64,000 nt of DNA, taken from Balanoglossus misakiensis. Taxonomy: Eukaryota > Animalia > Hemichordata. The stretch is taken from contig CM082594.2 in NCBI GenBank assembly GCA_040954595.2, positions 6,147,962 to 6,211,961 of the forward strand, read 5' to 3'. Positions 63,909 to 64,000 of the stretch are shown piece by piece (position 1 is the stretch's first letter; each line of letters begins with the position of its first letter). The translations under genes were made by a program, and so were the position numbers. Under the pieces are notes generated by a model. It had not been told where the DNA came from. It worked only from the letters and a program-made list of their open reading frames with translations, and searched no databases.

Positions 63909-64000
63909 CAGTAACGTTCTTACCTCGTCCCTGTCATCCATGACGTAATTGAACGAGAGATCCTGACACCGGTCTCAAACTCTTTGCTTGTAAACTTCTT

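Noticed and set aside
1-64000. CRISPR arrays, operons, rRNA or tRNA genes
   Set aside because: The sequence is spliceosomal-intron-containing eukaryotic DNA; no repeat-spacer array, tRNA cloverleaf or rRNA conserved block was seen.

Overview
This is AT-rich, intron-containing animal genomic DNA, not prokaryotic. The gene families and repeat style suggest a marine invertebrate, possibly a deuterostome such as a hemichordate (weak inference). All recognisable coding sequence lies in the last 15 kb. The minus strand carries two separate signal-peptide-initiated 5' modules of a natriuretic-peptide-receptor / membrane guanylyl cyclase type gene (ANF-receptor ligand-binding fold). Module A is exon 60172-59851 plus exon 58753-57035, encoding a long Ser/Thr-rich repeat stalk fused to the ANF domain. 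Module B is the single exon 50148-49464. Both stop at the same homologous phase-1 donor after S-x-V-S-R. I found no continuing NPR exons between them or in the remaining 49 kb. This suggests UGT1A/protocadherin-like variable first exons spliced to shared exons outside the window, or else interleaved genes. Head-to-head on the plus strand are the first four exons of an arylsulfatase B/I/J-like sulfatase. Positions 1-49.4 kb look like a very large intron or gene desert with microsatellites, a TTAA-flanked MITE, decayed repeats and CTCF-like motifs. All calls are by eye; no searches were run.
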